Shown one piece after another: positions 46,435 through 62,554 of a stretch of 64,000 bases of DNA (the stretch's first letter is position 1; the number at the start of each line of letters is the position of its first letter). A program made the translations under genes and the position numbers. Below the pieces are notes generated by a model that was given only the letters and a program-made list of their open reading frames with translations, was not told where the DNA came from and did not search any database. Source of the stretch: Selaginella moellendorffii (Eukaryota; Plantae; Lycopodiophyta); NCBI RefSeq assembly GCF_000143415.4, contig NW_003314271.1:1591769-1655768 (forward strand), in the 5' to 3' direction.

Positions 46435-47696
46435 GCCAGGCATTGGAATCTTACCTGGAATGTCACTGATAGTAATCTTCCACAGTCAATTCGAAGCAAA
46501 AAAAATTATCTGGGAGTGATCGCTGGGGTAGCAAGCGCTGTGGCGGGGGTGGAGAAGCAACCAGGAAGTGGAGAAGATCTAATGGAAAAGCAAGCGCTCA
46601 TCGAAGGAATGAAGCTCGATGAGATACTTCCGCACCAGTTTAGCTATGACGACTTGAAGATGGCAACTAGAAATCCCGAGCTCATGCTTGGAGCTTGAGG
46701 ATTTGGATCCGTCTTCAAAGGAGAGCTTGCGGACGTTGCTGTGAAGAAGATGGACGTAGAGATCCAAGGCTCGTCGAAAGGACACTCGCAGTTCAAGGCC
46801 GAGGTGATGCACTTCAACCTGGTAAAGCTCCGGGGCTTTTGCATCCAGGGACCAGCCGCATTGCTTGTCTACGAGTTCATGCTCAATGGATCACTGGACA
46901 AGTTGAGGCTTGACATCCAAGTGATCCCGGCAATCCTTCGTGGAGGTATGTGAGTCCTCGAGCAACATCTATCGCAGCAGATTTGCTGATCCGCCACCTT
47001 TGTTATCATCGTTCTCGGTGAAGATCCACCTGGACGAGAACTACTTTGGCCTGAGCAAGCTCAAGCCAGGTGGTGACTGTCATGCGAGGAACTCCCGGAT
47101 ACATGGCACCCGAGTGGCTCCACACCAAAGTCACGGACAAGACCGACGCCTACAGCTTTGGAATCGTGCTGCTCGATCCAAGCGCACCGTCCAGTTCCAT
47201 CCTCAATCATCCTCTTCCTCCTCATCCCCCTCACCCGCGGTTCCTGGGCGAAACCGCGCTGAGCATGTTTCACAGTGGTAACGTCGTCGAGCTCATTGAC
47301 GATCTCGCCAGCATAGCAGTGGCTTGGAGCTCAAGGACGCCGAGAGGTACGTGAAAATCGGACTGTGGTGCATCCGAGCCGAGGCTGCAATCCGCCCCTC
47401 TATGAGAAACGATATGCTCGGAAGTAGCGTCGACGTTCTAGACTTGCACCTTCAAGTGAGTAGCTCCAGAAGCTTCAGCTTGCGACTACCTGGATCCTAC
47501 TTCAGCTCCACTAGTCTGTGATGTTACCCTCTAGATACCGCCATGATCATCAAGACCGAGATAGAGTCTCGCAAGTGTTGACGTTATATTGGCAGAGGAG
47601 AGTCACTCCCTTCTTCCGATCTTCGAAGTATTTCTCTCTACTTCTAGCCAGCGGGAACGAGGAAGCATACCCGGAGACGATATATATTTCAAAGAA

Positions 47697-50541
47697 TCAA
47701 GGGTCTTCGTCCGCACCACCATCAGCCTCACAAAATCTGAAGTTGGGCTCTACGTTCATTGCCCACGCGAATTTGGCCAGCAATGACTTATTAAAAACCT
47801 GTGATCCAAATCTCCTGCCTCAGTAAGAGAAATAAAAGAAATGAAAGTAAGAAGTGCCTGGTTACCTTCTCAATGGGAATTTCGTGACGCTTGCACCAAG
47901 CGACCGTTATTCGAGGATCCATGTAGTTGATCTTTGACGTTCCCAGCGCCACGGTTTTGAGATCTTCTTTAACGGACAGATCCAAGGTCATCTTCGCTAT
48001 CCTTGCATCAGTTTGAGCCAACTTCTTTTCCAACCTGGATTTTACATGAATAGTCAGTATCATAAAAGTAGAAACATAAAAATCATCTACTTACTGTTCT
48101 GCGGTTGGAGGCCTTTTAGCCGTGCTGTGGACTGGGGGTTTGCCCTTTTTAACTTTCCCCAAGTCTGTTGCAAGTTCCTCACGCAATGTCTGCCAATAGC
48201 AAAGCGTCAGCCTCAAACAAACCATAAAGAAAAACAGACCTTTAACTCTGCAATCTTTGCCTCCAATCTTTCCATCTGAGCACTATGGCCCTTGGATACT
48301 GTCCGTTGATGATTACATAGAATCGCGACCTGTCAACAAGATTCATAAGTGCTAACCAAACAGAATGTTCTCTTACCTCCTTATTTGCTCGGGAGTATTC
48401 TGCAGTTTTCTCGTTAAGAGTCGCACCAAGCGTCTCCTTCAACTGTAACAAGTAATGCGTCGGATCATTTTGGCCTTGACAAAGCAAAAGTCGCAAACCT
48501 GGGTCTCCAAAGTATATGACGCATTATACGTTCGAAACACCTTCGCTGTTAGACCTTGCATGTACTTCTTCAGATGGGCATTAAGCTTAGAAGTATCTAA
48601 CCTATCAAAGAGGTCAACCCCTTCCTTTTTCCCTGTGTAACAAACAGCTCATCTCAACGAGGACAACACAAGTCACAACATACCTTTCTTGAAATCGTGT
48701 ATAGCGTCGTATACCTCTTCGTTTACAACCACAGAGTTTTGGTACCTGATGGAGTCTTTACCCAGAAAATCGAACTGTAAATATGCGAACCATAGATCAC
48801 AAAACAACAGTCTCAAGTCCTCAACAAAGCACCTCAAGCGAGTTCGGAGGGGAAAGAGAGACGTGCTCCACTTTCAACGAGCAGCAGCCAACCGTATCAG
48901 CTTCATCGTCATCCTGAAATCAAAATGTCAATTCACAGGCACGAAAACGACACACTTTCCACCTTTTCGTTTCCTGCTCTCAGAGCAAGCCTATCAATAA
49001 GATACGTGGCCACCGCAATCTGCCGTGCTTCCACATCCTTCTCTTTAAAATCCTTTGTGTAAGATTCCCGTATGCTATCAATCTGACAAGAAATGAAGAT
49101 TAGAAAAGAAACGAAAACGCCTGCTTACTTTTGACGTAAGCTTCCTAGCCTTATCGTATTTCTCCTCATCGCTCTTGCCCTTCAAACTACTACTTTGATG
49201 CAAAAACACGTACTTAAACTCCTTCACATTGATCGGGTCGTTCCAAAACGCAAGCCAGGTAACGGTGTTATCGTGTCTGACTTCCTTCCACCTGCGGTAA
49301 GCAAAGTTAAGTTAGCCTAACAAGATAAGAATCATGTAATGAACACTTACTTGTGACCAGGAAGTGGACACTCTGGAACTGGTGCTTCTTTTCCAATGTT
49401 GAGTACAATGTCTTCAGGAAAAATGCGCCGTTTCAGCTTTCCCATCTAAACGACCATGGTGTGAAGCTTACAAACAAACTGAAGCTTAAGTACCTTGGGA
49501 TGCTCGCCGCGGCCCCGGAAAAGGCCAGGAGGCTCCACTCTAAAATTTCCAACCTGTTGGCACGAGTTACAGTAAGAAAACTGCCATGAGGTGGAAAGAA
49601 AAGAAGTAACCCCGCCTTCTCTTTGACACCATCGATCAGAACCCATGCATAACGTTCTTCTGCTTTCGCCTTCTCCTCTTTCAGTTGCTTTTTCTCCTGC
49701 AGAAAGAAGTGAGACAAACACATAATCCACGGACGAACACACCTCTGCACTCATTTGCTTCTTCTTCTCTTTCTCCGCGGCATGCCAGTCGAAAATAGGA
49801 GTGAAGTCGCACAGCTCAAGCTTCTGGATGACGTGCTTTGGACCAAGAACTTTCTTCCAGTCCTCCCAAAAGTTCTTGACAAAGACGGGCTTGGTTGCGT
49901 AGTCAGTGTCTTTCATCACGGCAAACATCGTCGCGATCTGCAAGACCAGCTACAATTAAACGAAGAAAGCGAAACAAAGAGCTAAAAACCTCCTCTTCTT
50001 CTGGTGTAAGATCGATTGGCCGACCATTGTAGAGCATCTTCACTCCATGCGGGCTATACGGCGGGGGAAAGAGCACGCCATTGTGCTCCAGCGTCGTCCA
50101 TTTTGGCTCAGCAACACTCCCCTTTCTGGGTTTCTTGCTCCTAGCCTTCCCCTTCGTCACTCCCTTCTTCCCTGGCTTCGCACTATCGCCCCCAAAACGC
50201 TTCCCAATGGGAACGTCCTCGTCCTCGTCTTCGTCATCCTCCTCCTCACTCTCCTCATCGCTGGAGCTCACCTCGACTTTGGATTTCTTGGAAATGCCAT
50301 TGGCGGACGCTGGCGCGGGCCTCTTCCTCCCGCTGGCGTTGGAATCGGCGGAAGCCGGCGCCGCCGCCACCGATCCATCCTTGGAGGAGCTGGCGTGCTG
50401 CTCCGCTCCGGGATTGCGCGCTCTCGCGGAAAAGATGCGCCGGGCGAGGGGGACGTCGTCCTCGTCGTCCGAATCCTTGGCTGGATTGGCCTTCTTGAAG
50501 CGCGCCGCGAGCGGCACGTCGTCCTCGGAGGAGGAATCCAT
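47697..50541 (-). CDS. TOP1: DNA topoisomerase I (type IB), multi-exon
   Basis: [66 protein letters not shown], catalytic [13 protein letters not shown]; last exon [14 protein letters not shown]. Confidence 0.96.
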
Positions 50542-50696
50542 AGCGAGAGCCCTAACCCTATTCCGAGGGAAAATTTGCTTCCAAGGATGAAATTATATGC
50601 TCCCTCCTCACAGACTCCACACACATTGACAAACTGCCTATAGCGGTAAAACTACGAGGAAACTTACAGTGACGAGCGAATTTTTACTGGAGATTT

Positions 50697-53101
50697 CTAC
50701 ACAGCGTCGGGCCTTTCACCTTCCACCACCGGAGGAGGAGGAGCTTTTTGTGCGTGAGGAGGAGAAATTCCAAGAGGGCGATTGTGACCCCAGCTCGTTT
50801 TAGCTCCTTGACCAGCAAATCCTTGGAGAAAAAATCCTCACAAAACCTTCAAGGCAAAAAAAGAATTTTTGGTGTCATACCGTAGTACTTGTAGAACATG
50901 TATTTCCTCGTCTCTGGAACTCGATTCTGGATGGATCTCCGCCTCACTCTCCGCTGCTCGGGAACTAGATCATTCACATCGCATCGGTGAGCAGCAAACT
51001 TCTTCTTTTTCCTGGAGGATAGAACAAGAAAAGAGCAAGCTTTAGATCATGGAAGAGGCAGACGAAAATGGAAGAGAACCTCTTAAGTCGGAGAGCGTTG
51101 TCACCACTTTTCGTCCGGCTTCTCTTCTCGGTGTCGAGCGTCCTCGTCTCGCTACCGTAGAGCAAATGCCCGACTGTGACGTGCTCCGACGTCCGGCTCT
51201 CGGACACCTTGTACTGAGTCGCGTCTTCGATGACATAAATGTTGCTAGAGCCCTCGACGAGCTTGGCTTCCGGCAGCCTGGCTGAGTGATCAAGCATTCT
51301 GTATGAGCCTCCCGCCGGCATCTTGTAAGTGTAAATTCCACCTCCAGGGAGTTTGCTGGGACTGCTGTTTGCGTTTCGGGTGTGAGTCGAAGAGCTAGCG
51401 GCGGGGTGTTGTTGATCGGATACTTCATTCCTAGTAGCATTTGTCGTCGTCGTGGGAGTAGTAGTTGTCGCAGGAGTGATGGTAGCAGTAGTAGTAGTAG
51501 TAGTGGTCATGGTAGCAGCACTGGGAAAATCTGGATCCGACCTGTGAGGAGGAGAAACTCCACCTTGGACGATGCCATATCGCAATGCATGAGCTCCCGG
51601 TATCCTGTCCGAGTAAGTCTGAGTGCCTTCGTCCTGGTAAGAGACTCCATGCTCGAGTTTGTAAGGCAAACCGTTGTCGAAAGAAACTTCTTTCGTGGAC
51701 GGAGTGCCGGGAACACGATCCAAACCCCTCCCAGAGCTGCTGGTGACGGCATCACTGGATGTGGTTCTCGGCTGCTGCAGTCCAACCTGTGAGCTAGTGT
51801 CCAGAGTTCTTGAGCTTGTGTCAAAAGCTCTCGACAAAGATGTTGTCGTCGTCGTGGTTCTACTCGATGAGGAAAACAAAGCCTGGTGTCGATGCTGGAG
51901 ATCGCTACTTGCTGGCATCCCTGCGGTGGACGAAGAAGTCGTCGTCGACGTCCGAGGTTCGGTTGTGACACCTGAAAGGACGTTGCTGCCGTCCATGGTT
52001 TTCGTCGGGGACGAGTACCGCGACTGCAAAGTCGAAAGTTCCGACGCTCTCGCCGTGCGTCTGTTCAAAGACTCAAACACCGCTGTCCGAGTCGACTGAT
52101 CGCTGCTGCTGCCGCTCGAGAACCGCGTCGGGAGATCGTATCTCGAACCAGCAGCTCTCGTCTCTTGCGGCGTCAAAAACCGGGACACTTCCGAGACGAC
52201 TTCCGAGCCGCTCGTTGCCATGACCCTCGCAAACGTAGGATGATCCAGCTGAACTTGCCGGTGAGGTGGTGGCGGCTGACGATACACAGAACTGTCCACA
52301 ACGTTTTCGTTCAATCGTTGCCCTGCTGCTTTGCGATACTTGAAGGGACTCCCCTCGGAGATTCTGTAAGGACTTCCCTGGCTCGGCCTCTCCGGATTTG
52401 AGTCCGGAGACCTGTATCTTATGAGAACCGGAGACCTGTTCTTGCCATTCTCTCGCTCCGGGTTTCGAGAAGTCTCGGCCCCTCTATGATGAGATCCTTC
52501 CGGAGATTTCTTTCGGCCCTGCTCTGGCTTTGGAGTCTTGGCCCGTATCCGAGCGCTTGCATGGTCGGAGCTCTCGTAGCCCGACATGGAGGACGACTCG
52601 GACATGATGTGGTTTGGATTCACCGTGCTCTCTCTTCGGAAAATAGCCGGAGGAGACGAGTCCCACACTGGCAGAAGAAGAAGAGACGAAGAACAGGATC
52701 AAACCAGGCTGAGTTCCAAGAACTTTAGAGAGTGGAAGGAGGATCTTCTTACCCGATGGGAACCTCAGCTGTCGCATGGAGCAGCGGTACGCTTGAGGAT
52801 ATCTAGAATCGCCATACTTTTTGCTCCGGATGTGGTCGAAGTAGAGGCGCTGGATGTAAGGATTGAAGCTCACGTACTCCTTGAGCAGCACGTTGCACTG
52901 CTTCATCGCGTGCGTTCTCATCTTGCCCTGGGCCGCCTTGAGCTTGTCCACCTGGGGGAAAACCGACGGAGAAGAAGCGATCGAGGAGAAGAAAACGATC
53001 CATGTTTTGCAGAGCTCAATCGCAATGCAGGCAATCCACAGCATACCTCCGACTTGAGAAACGTGTAGAAGCCTCCAATCTCCTTGGACTCGGCTCGCCA
53101 T
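50697..53101 (-). CDS. Hypothetical protein with a long Ser/Thr-rich disordered middle, ~5 exons
   Basis: ATG at 53101 downstream of a telo-box (AAACCCTAA, 53175); GT-AG introns join the ORF 52484-53167 segment, the 564-aa ORF 50974-52668 and short 3' exons; no recognised domain. Confidence 0.65.
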
Positions 53102-53452
53102 CGCACCGGCGGTGCCGGAGCTACCGCCGCCATCAAGCGAACGGCAGTTAGGGCCGAGCCGGACCAAAAACCTTAAACCCTAATTAGATTTTTTTTCGCG
53201 CGGCTCGGAGATTTTTTAAATCCACGTGAGATGAGAAGACATGAAATGAAACGTGTGACAAGAGCGAAAAATTCTCCTATTGATCTTTAGCTGGAGTAAT
53301 CCTGGTTTTCCCAGGTTTGAGCTTTATGAGTCTGGGCTTCCTTCTTTTTCTGGAGCAGGGGCTGGAGGAAAGCGCATCAGAGAAGAATGACAGCAGCAGA
53401 AAAAAACTTACATGATCTACTTCCATAGGGGCCGGCATAACCCCTGCTAAAG

Positions 53453-53570
53453 TGATCACAGGAGAAGCTGGAGCTAGAACTGGATCTCTTGCTGGAGATG
53501 GAGCTGGAATTGGATCTCTTGCTGGAGCTGGAACTGGATCTCTTGCTGGAGCTCCAATATCTGCTGGAAC
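53453..53570. repeat. Minisatellite (ctggatctcttgctggagctgga-type units), translating as PARDPVPA repeats on the minus strand
   Basis: 3-4 visible imperfect tandem copies. Confidence 0.75.
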
Positions 53571-53854
53571 TCCCGCTGTTGGAGTCCCGGATGACTCCAT
53601 TGGCGCAGCAACCCAAGCGTCGCCGCGGGCTTTGACACAAAACTCCACTCGTGGGGGACGAATATGCTCTGACTGTTATTTCGAATATCTAGATTGTTCT
53701 CTAAACCTCCTGGCCATAGCAAAAACCATCGGTCTTTCTCGAAATTAAAATAGGTCTGGTCCTCGTCCCTCCCTCTTGCTCATAGAAACCAGTCGCTGGG
53801 CTACAGATGAAGCAGAAAGCCACCTGATAGGGGATCGTGGGTGGTAGACGAAGG

Positions 53855-54600
53855 AAATCCTGGATCGCCATCACAAGTATTGCCATCACAATCTAGAGAA
53901 GGCGGATCAGCAAGTCTGGACATCAAGCCGCTCCAGGACGAGAACTCCCGGATACGTGGCCGAGTGGCTCCACACAAGTCACGGACAAGACCGTCAGCTC
54001 CAAGCGCACTGTCGAGTTTCATCCTCCATCTTCCTCGTACGACGATCTCGCAGCGCTAACAGTGGCTTGGAGTGAGAGGTACGTGAAAATCGGACTGTGG
54101 TGCATCCAGCCTGAGGCAGCAATCCGACTCTCCATGAGAAACGTCCAGGAATTCTTGATCAATTGATCACTTCAATGTTGTCGCAAGCTGAAGGTTTGGA
54201 GATACCATCATGATGCTAGCTCCAAAACCTTCAGCTTGCAACTACCTGGAAGCTCCAGCTCTCACAGTGAGATCATGGATCATCGAGACCGAGATAGGAG
54301 TCTCACAAGTGTTGACATTATATAGGCACGGAGACGGTATATATTTCAAAGAATCAACGGTCATTGTCCGCCTCACAATATCTGACTCTATGTTCATTCC
54401 CAACGCGAATTTGGCCAGCAATGACTTAGTGAAAACCTGTGATCCAAGCCTCAGTCCTTTTCAATGGTAGCTTGCACCAAGCGACAATTAATCAAGGATC
54501 CATGTAGTTGACTTTTTACGCCAAGACACCCCAACCACAAAGTTTCTTAAATTAAAAAACTGTCTCAAGTCCTCAGGAAAGAGAGATGTGCTCCACACTC
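53855..54600 (+). pseudogene. Heavily deleted relic of a type B RLK 3' end plus TOP1 3' end (copy of the ~46900-48900 region)
   Basis: ctggacatcaagccg, gagtggctccacac..gtcacggacaagaccg and gagaggtacgtgaaaatcggactgtggtgcatcc, then the RLK-TOP1 spacer and TOP1 pieces (cgcgaatttggccagcaatgactta, ggatccatgtagttga) in the same order. Confidence 0.85.
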
Positions 54601-56533
54601 CAGCCAACTAGGAAGGCATCTTAGGAATTTTACTGGGCACTTTTAGGGTACCTTTTACCTCAACATTTAATTACTTCAATGGCACGTCTTTACTTTATTA
54701 TCTGACACTTGATGTTGAATTTCTAGCAAAATGATACCTAAGAGTTCAACTTTGTCCTTTCGCTCAAATGACCCAAAGTGTAGTCATGATTGAAGGAGTT
54801 GGAAACCATGATTTCCAACACTCATAGAACCTCACAAAGTTGTTGGCACTTGACCATCTGATAATCAACTTGAGCAGAATTCCCCTTGAACAAAGGAGTT
54901 CCCAGTTTTGCATCACATGTGACATGGGAACTTATGTCATCTCAAGGGAGTTTGCTACCACACACACAGCTATCACCTCTATAAGATGTCATTTTTAGTT
55001 TTCCTTGTGTCATAATATTTCAGATGTTTACATCACACATGGTTTTGTATCCACAATCTTAGTTATGAGTTAGGTGGCTAGTATTATTGTGCTGGTAAGT
55101 TTGACTTTCAGTTATAAAATAAAAGTCTTGGTTTTGCAATGTACCACCTCTAGAAGCTGCACAATGACCTTCTCTTGCTTTGAGACACTCGGTCATGTCA
55201 AGGTACTCTTTGATTTGTAACTATAGTAGATATTACTTGCTTTGCATACTTACCTGAGCCACTTTTCTTGTCAAGATGCTCTTATATGTAAGTTTGTATT
55301 TATGTTATGTTCTTGTGAATAATTACCTTATCATATCTTTCATCTATGACTTTGCATGGTAACCTAGGTGTTACTGTTTTGTCAAAATCCATGAAAGCAA
55401 GACTGACGAGTTTAGACTTTTTAGCTGGAAAGACACCAGTATTTCGCTCAAGAATGCCATAAAATTTCTTGAGCTTCTTTTTTGGAGTTTTGGCCTTGAA
55501 TGTTTGCTGGGACTTGCTTTATTTGCTTCAGTGTCTTATGATATGTTGGGATTCAATCTAGAAGATGGAGAAGGATTGGAGTGGACGAATATGCCAAGAA
55601 TATTGGGTTTGTGAGTCTATTTACGCATTTCCCTTTTATTTGTGCTCTCCCTGTCCTCGAAACCATAATCCCTGGCTATTTTGGATTTAGACCTCAGCTT
55701 GAGTGAGCTGGACAATATATAAAATCATATGATCAAGATATAAGGGTCATCAACAGTATGATCAGGTAAACTTTCCATGACCCTTGCCAGACTGATGCGA
55801 GATTGGCCAGTGCGGAGCTGGAGAAGCTATGGTTAGAGGAGCTCCAATGATGACTCCATCTGATCCGCTCCACTAGGCCTGAGAAATCTACTTCCTCTCT
55901 TTGCCATTGGAAAGTTGGCAATGGAGTAAGAAATCTCTGGATTTTTTCCTCTTTTTTCCAAATAGGAGAGAAGGGCTTTAGTAAGCCAAGCTTGGGGGAG
56001 CTCAACCAAGCTTGAGCTTGAGCTCCTCTCAGGCTCCTTGGAGAGAGCTCTTCTTTTAAACCCCTTCTTTCAACCCAGGGCCTACAACCCAAGGGTCGCG
56101 GCAGTGGGATCGACCTAGAACCCAAGCGTCACAGGTTTTGGAATCCCAAGATGCAAATCGCTCTCGATTCCAACGCTTGGTTGGGTTGTAGATGTGAAAT
56201 AATTTGGGCGAATATGCTCCAACAGTTATTAATGCTGTTCTTCGACTTTGTTCTTTAGAAGATTTTCAACAAACTCTTAACGTTTGTGCCAAATCTTTGG
56301 AACTCATGGCTATGGGTTTGTTGGAAAACGAAGCTATTCTCCTTATTATCAATCACAATTAATAAAGAAAGAGATGAGTTTGTTCGTCACACTGATTTCT
56401 TTTGAATGGAAATTAAATAGTCCTACCATCATCTAAGATGATCTCTCTCCCTTCTCCTCTTTCTTTTCTTCTTCTTCTTCTTCTGCCTCTTCCCCGCGTC
56501 GCCATAGCCAGCGCAAACAAGCCCCAAGAGCTT

Positions 56534-57577
56534 TCACGAATTTCCCCCATCATCATCCTTGGTGTTAGCGTGCTCCACCAAAACCATGCCCTGCTCCTCG
56601 TCGTCCCGCTCCTCCTGCTGCGACTTCTTCAATCCCTCCTTGGCCTTCATCGTCTGGAGCTTGGCGTGGTTGTAGTAGCACACCCCCAGGAACGCCAGCC
56701 CATATCCCACCAGATTGAGCGTCGTCACCCTGTCCATGATCACCGACCAGGAGAAGGCGATGAGCAGCCAATCCTTCACCACCCCCGCCACGTTCATCGT
56801 CAGCGCGGACGTCTTCCCGATGAGCAAGAACACCGCCAGGTTGAGCGCAAACGCGCAGCCCGAGTTGAGCCCAAAGGTTGGCAGATCGAAGCTGAAGCTG
56901 GAGCTCTCGCGCAGAACCGGCAGCTCCACGAACACCCACGGCACGCACAGGAAGACGAAGCAGCAGGGAGCCACGTAGTAGAGCGCGGTGATGGAGTTGA
57001 GCGTGATCCCCTTGGAGCTGAGGAGGATCTGGATCATCACCAGCCTCGTCGCCTCAAACGCCACGGCCGCGAGCTGGAGGATCACTCCAAAGGTGTTGAA
57101 CTTGGCCTCGCCGTAGGCCGCGATGCCCACGCCGATGGAGATGAGCACCATGTTTCCCATCGTCTCGGGCTTGTAGATCTCCTTCTTGAGCAGCACGCCG
57201 ATGGAGTAGACCGCCACCGGCATGAGCGCCTTGAGCATCTGGATGAAGGAGACGGAGAGATAGATGTAGGCCGAGTTGGAAAACCAGAGGCTCAAGGAGT
57301 AGAGCGCGCCGATGGGGACGATCGACGACATGTAAATCTCGCGCGTCATGCCCAGCGGCTCCACGACCTTGGCCACGCGCACCAGGAGGAAGGCCAGCGT
57401 CGAGCAAAAGGCCATATGGATCATGGTGAGGCTGATCGGGAAGGGCCAATTGTACATCTTCTTGTCGAGGATGTACTTGTTGTAGATGATGACCGTGAAG
57501 CTCAGGAAGATCCAGATCGCGACGTAGATGTAGCTCAGCACGACCTTTCTTACCAGATTGGCGTCGCTGCCCGCCAT
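56534..57577 (-). CDS. Nucleotide-sugar / sugar-phosphate translocator (TPT/DMT family), intronless, 347 aa
   Basis: ~10 TM segments; [37 protein letters not shown] and [14 protein letters not shown]. Confidence 0.95.
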   Translation of the reverse strand: MAGSDANLVRKVVLSYIYVAIWIFLSFTVIIYNKYILDKKMYNWPFPISLTMIHMAFCSTLAFLLVRVAKVVEPLGMTREIYMSSIVPIGALYSLSLWFSNSAYIYLSVSFIQMLKALMPVAVYSIGVLLKKEIYKPETMGNMVLISIGVGIAAYGEAKFNTFGVILQLAAVAFEATRLVMIQILLSSKGITLNSITALYYVAPCCFVFLCVPWVFVELPVLRESSSFSFDLPTFGLNSGCAFALNLAVFLLIGKTSALTMNVAGVVKDWLLIAFSWSVIMDRVTTLNLVGYGLAFLGVCYYNHAKLQTMKAKEGLKKSQQEERDDEEQGMVLVEHANTKDDDGGNS

Positions 57578-57839
57578 TGCGATGGATTTCCGCCCCCACG
57601 CCGCCGCGCTAATCCCTCAGGCCGCTACCCCTGGAATCCCTCGGACTGGCGCCGGAGCTCCCAGATCAGACGCGCGCCGCGGAGAATCGGTCGCGGCTCC
57701 CCATCCCGGCGCTAGATCTAGCCCTAATCACTGGTAGGCTATGGCGGAGAAAAAGTCCAGCCCTTTCGTATTTTAACAGCATCGCAAATCGTGGCCGTCC
57801 ATCACATCTGGCCGTTGATCTAACGGCTCCCAGGGAGTT

Positions 57840-60665
<2,826 letters not shown>

Positions 60666-61009
60666 TGTAACAACCCTAAAATTTATTAGGGCAACTACCT
60701 TTAACCCCTTAAAAACATTAAAGTTTTCGGACGATAAGAAAGTTTACAAGAATTATTTGACTTTTATTCTTGACTTTGCAAATCCTCTAGCGTGCCAAAT
60801 CTGAGACTGAGATGGAACACTCGAGACTTCTACTCACTACCAGTGAGAAAACCCATGAAGGTGGTCTCTCCAGGAAACATAACAAAATCTATGGTGCCCT
60901 TTGAGCAGGTTTCACTCTTGTTATGTTTAATGTAATTTATAAAATATAGATGAAAAATTAAAATTTAGTTTGCCCTGAGAGAAATGACAACCATTTTCAC
61001 CATCATAGC

Positions 61010-61260
61010 CATTGTTAGCCACTCCAAAGGATCCTCCTGGGCCATGATAGGCCAATCCAAATGATCTTCTCAAACCCACACAAGGAGAAACTATCTAATC
61101 CAGCTATCCAGCCCTTGGGGAGGAACTCGTAGACAAACAAGCTGAGTGGTGAATGGAGGCAAAATCCCAACAGCTTGATGAAATTGAGGTGATGGATACT
61201 GCCAATGGACATCACCTTGTCCCCCTGCCCCGCCAATCCTCTTGACCGCCACAAGCTCTC
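61010..61260 (-). pseudogene. Short decayed relic of a type A RLK kinase domain
   Basis: VMSIGSIHHLN.IKLLGFCLHSP...VYEFLP fused directly to FSLCGFEKIIWIGL (large internal deletion). Confidence 0.8.
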
Positions 61261-62554
61261 CTGAGCCAGCATCACTTGAAAAAAGGCAGGAACATTGACA
61301 ATGTCCAGGTTTTCATGGAAGGTCAAAGCACTTGCTCGGTTTGAATGCACCTGGATGACGAGTTTGCCTGGAGGTGATGAGTTGGAAACTCACGATAACA
61401 AAACAATTATGGCTTTTCATCGCTTTTAGCTCCAGTTTTGAGCTATTGAGTTCCAACGAGAAACCATTGCATATAAATCATGTGATTACCATCTCTGTCT
61501 TGGTGAAGAATCCAGTGACAGAAGCATAAGAAGCTTAAGGATTTCTGTGAAGGCATTGTCAAGTACAAGCAGCTGTGTTCTTCACTTCCATTGCTGAAAA
61601 GGTGAGGTAGGCAAAGGTCAGCGCGTTCGAGAGTTCAAGCCTCTCTCATCTTTCAAGCTTTTGAAATAAATCCATTTTGGGATTTTCCACGCTTGGCTAT
61701 GGCTTCTATCTCTCAGCTGAGGCTTGAACAGAAGAGAGAAGTTTTGGTTGAGGACAATGACCATCTTTTTCCCTCAAAGAAGGTACTGCATTTTCTTGGC
61801 TCAGAAACTTGCAAATGTGAAGAAAAAGCTTGTATCTTGCATGTAGATTTATGGATTGGCAGTGGCTGCAGGAAGTGATCACGCAACTACTACTATACTC
61901 AATCTTCACGGCAGGTAATTTTTCTATCAAGTATATAGCATAAGAGCGTGATGGGACCATTGCATCACTAAAGGTATATTGCAAAACAGCACTTGTGTCC
62001 AATACAAACATGTCAAAATAAACCTCCCAGCTTGTACTATTGTTTGCAGCCTCTTAGCCTCTTCATTGAGATCATGGATATATTGAAACAACTCTGGCAC
62101 AACATTTTAAACCTTTAGAATGTTTAGGAGAGAGTTGTAAGATTACAAACCTTGATAGCTGCATTTCAATTTAGAGCTCAAGACTTTTGAATACCAGCCT
62201 TGTTTCCAGATCATGAAATAAGTCAAAGATACTGGAAAAAAATGAACTTTCCCTCTGAAGCTTCTTTCCCCCTTTTGCAACATATGATACTTTGCCATGA
62301 GTTGTGAGACATAAATCCCTAAGCCCCAAAGTGGAACAAATAGGGTGCCACATGATAGTGGTTGAAATAGAAGTCCAACAAGTGTAACATATTTAGGCTT
62401 AAAACTTTGACTTGGAAAATTGAGAGTGGGAGTGGAATTCTGAATGAAGTGCTCAAGGGATGATCATGAAGCAATCAATGAATGAGTTTTTAAAAAGGGG
62501 CATAAGAAGGATTGACATATGGCAAGTATGGTGACATATGAAAGTGTCAAAAAT

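Larger units (their letters stand above)
42340..47520 (+). pseudogene. Decayed type B kiwellin-RLK (B2) interrupted by an LTR retrotransposon
   Basis: Ectodomain remnant WYSQDRILCSTNIQVLAPN...FTEPCAPNANEQVWRQL stops at the LTR (42555) and resumes at 46435 (ccaggcattggaatc). Kinase remnants LPHQFSY, FKAEV and [18 protein letters not shown], ending FSSTSL* as in B1. Confidence 0.92.

Noticed and set aside
53277-53648. PARDP-repeat ORF as a real gene
   Set aside because: Low-complexity repeat without a clear start or homology; it may be an exon fragment but cannot be supported.
54918-56132. Possible solo LTR (TGTGAC...GTCACA)
   Set aside because: No target-site duplication and no second copy in the window; cannot be supported.
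56438-57715. 425-aa plus-strand ORF
   Set aside because: Antisense shadow of the GC3-rich intronless transporter. The same applies to long antisense ORFs over the CXE, RLK and CDC48C genes.
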